Source: Hormiphora californensis (Eukaryota; Animalia; Ctenophora). Taken from it: a stretch of 64,000 nt of DNA. Numbering within the stretch: position 1 is the first letter of the stretch; each line of letters opens with the position of its first letter. The stretch covers positions 3,844,001-3,908,000 of the forward strand of contig CM035361.1 of assembly GCA_020137815.1 (NCBI GenBank). The letters run 5' to 3'. The position numbers and the translations under genes are program-made. Below the pieces are notes generated by a model. That model worked only from the letters and a program-made list of their open reading frames with translations. It searched no databases and had not been told where the DNA came from. This document shows, piece by piece, positions 63,912-64,000 of the stretch.

Positions 63912-64000
63912 CTCTCTCTCTATCTCTCTCTCTCTCTCTCTTTCCTCTTCTCCTCTCTCCTCTCTCTCTCTCTCTCTACTCTCTCTCTCCTCGCTCTCTC

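Overview
Intron-rich, MITE-dense eukaryotic genomic DNA, most likely from a ctenophore (Pleurobrachia-like). That assignment is inferred from a recalled ctenophore spliced-leader (SL) sequence and the repeat families. Genes, assembled by hand from GT-AG junctions and phase checks: (1) a secreted repeat-domain + Sushi/CCP gene (+, ~1.3-3.8 kb); (2) a head-to-head pair of papain-family C1A cysteine proteases; (3) a Ly6/uPAR-like GPI-anchored gene (-) with a duplicated exon block, whose last intron contains one of the proteases; (4) an SLC7/LAT-type amino-acid transporter (-, ~16.7-26 kb); (5) a 16-exon N-myristoylated LRR gene (+, 33.1-62.1 kb) whose 18.5-kb third intron holds (6) an antisense LDLa-repeat, GRL101-like GPCR that is frameshifted as assembled. 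The main finding is a full-length L2/CR1-type LINE (38655-44088, -) whose 5' end is an intact SL exon abutting the target-site duplication. This points to a retrotransposon copied from a trans-spliced RNA that would regenerate its own trans-splice acceptor on each insertion. It lies in a five-level nest: Transib MITE < LINE < non-coding (AAAC)n-tailed retroposon < GPCR intron < LRR-gene intron. An uninterrupted copy of the outer retroposon at 31578-32519 supplies the empty site.
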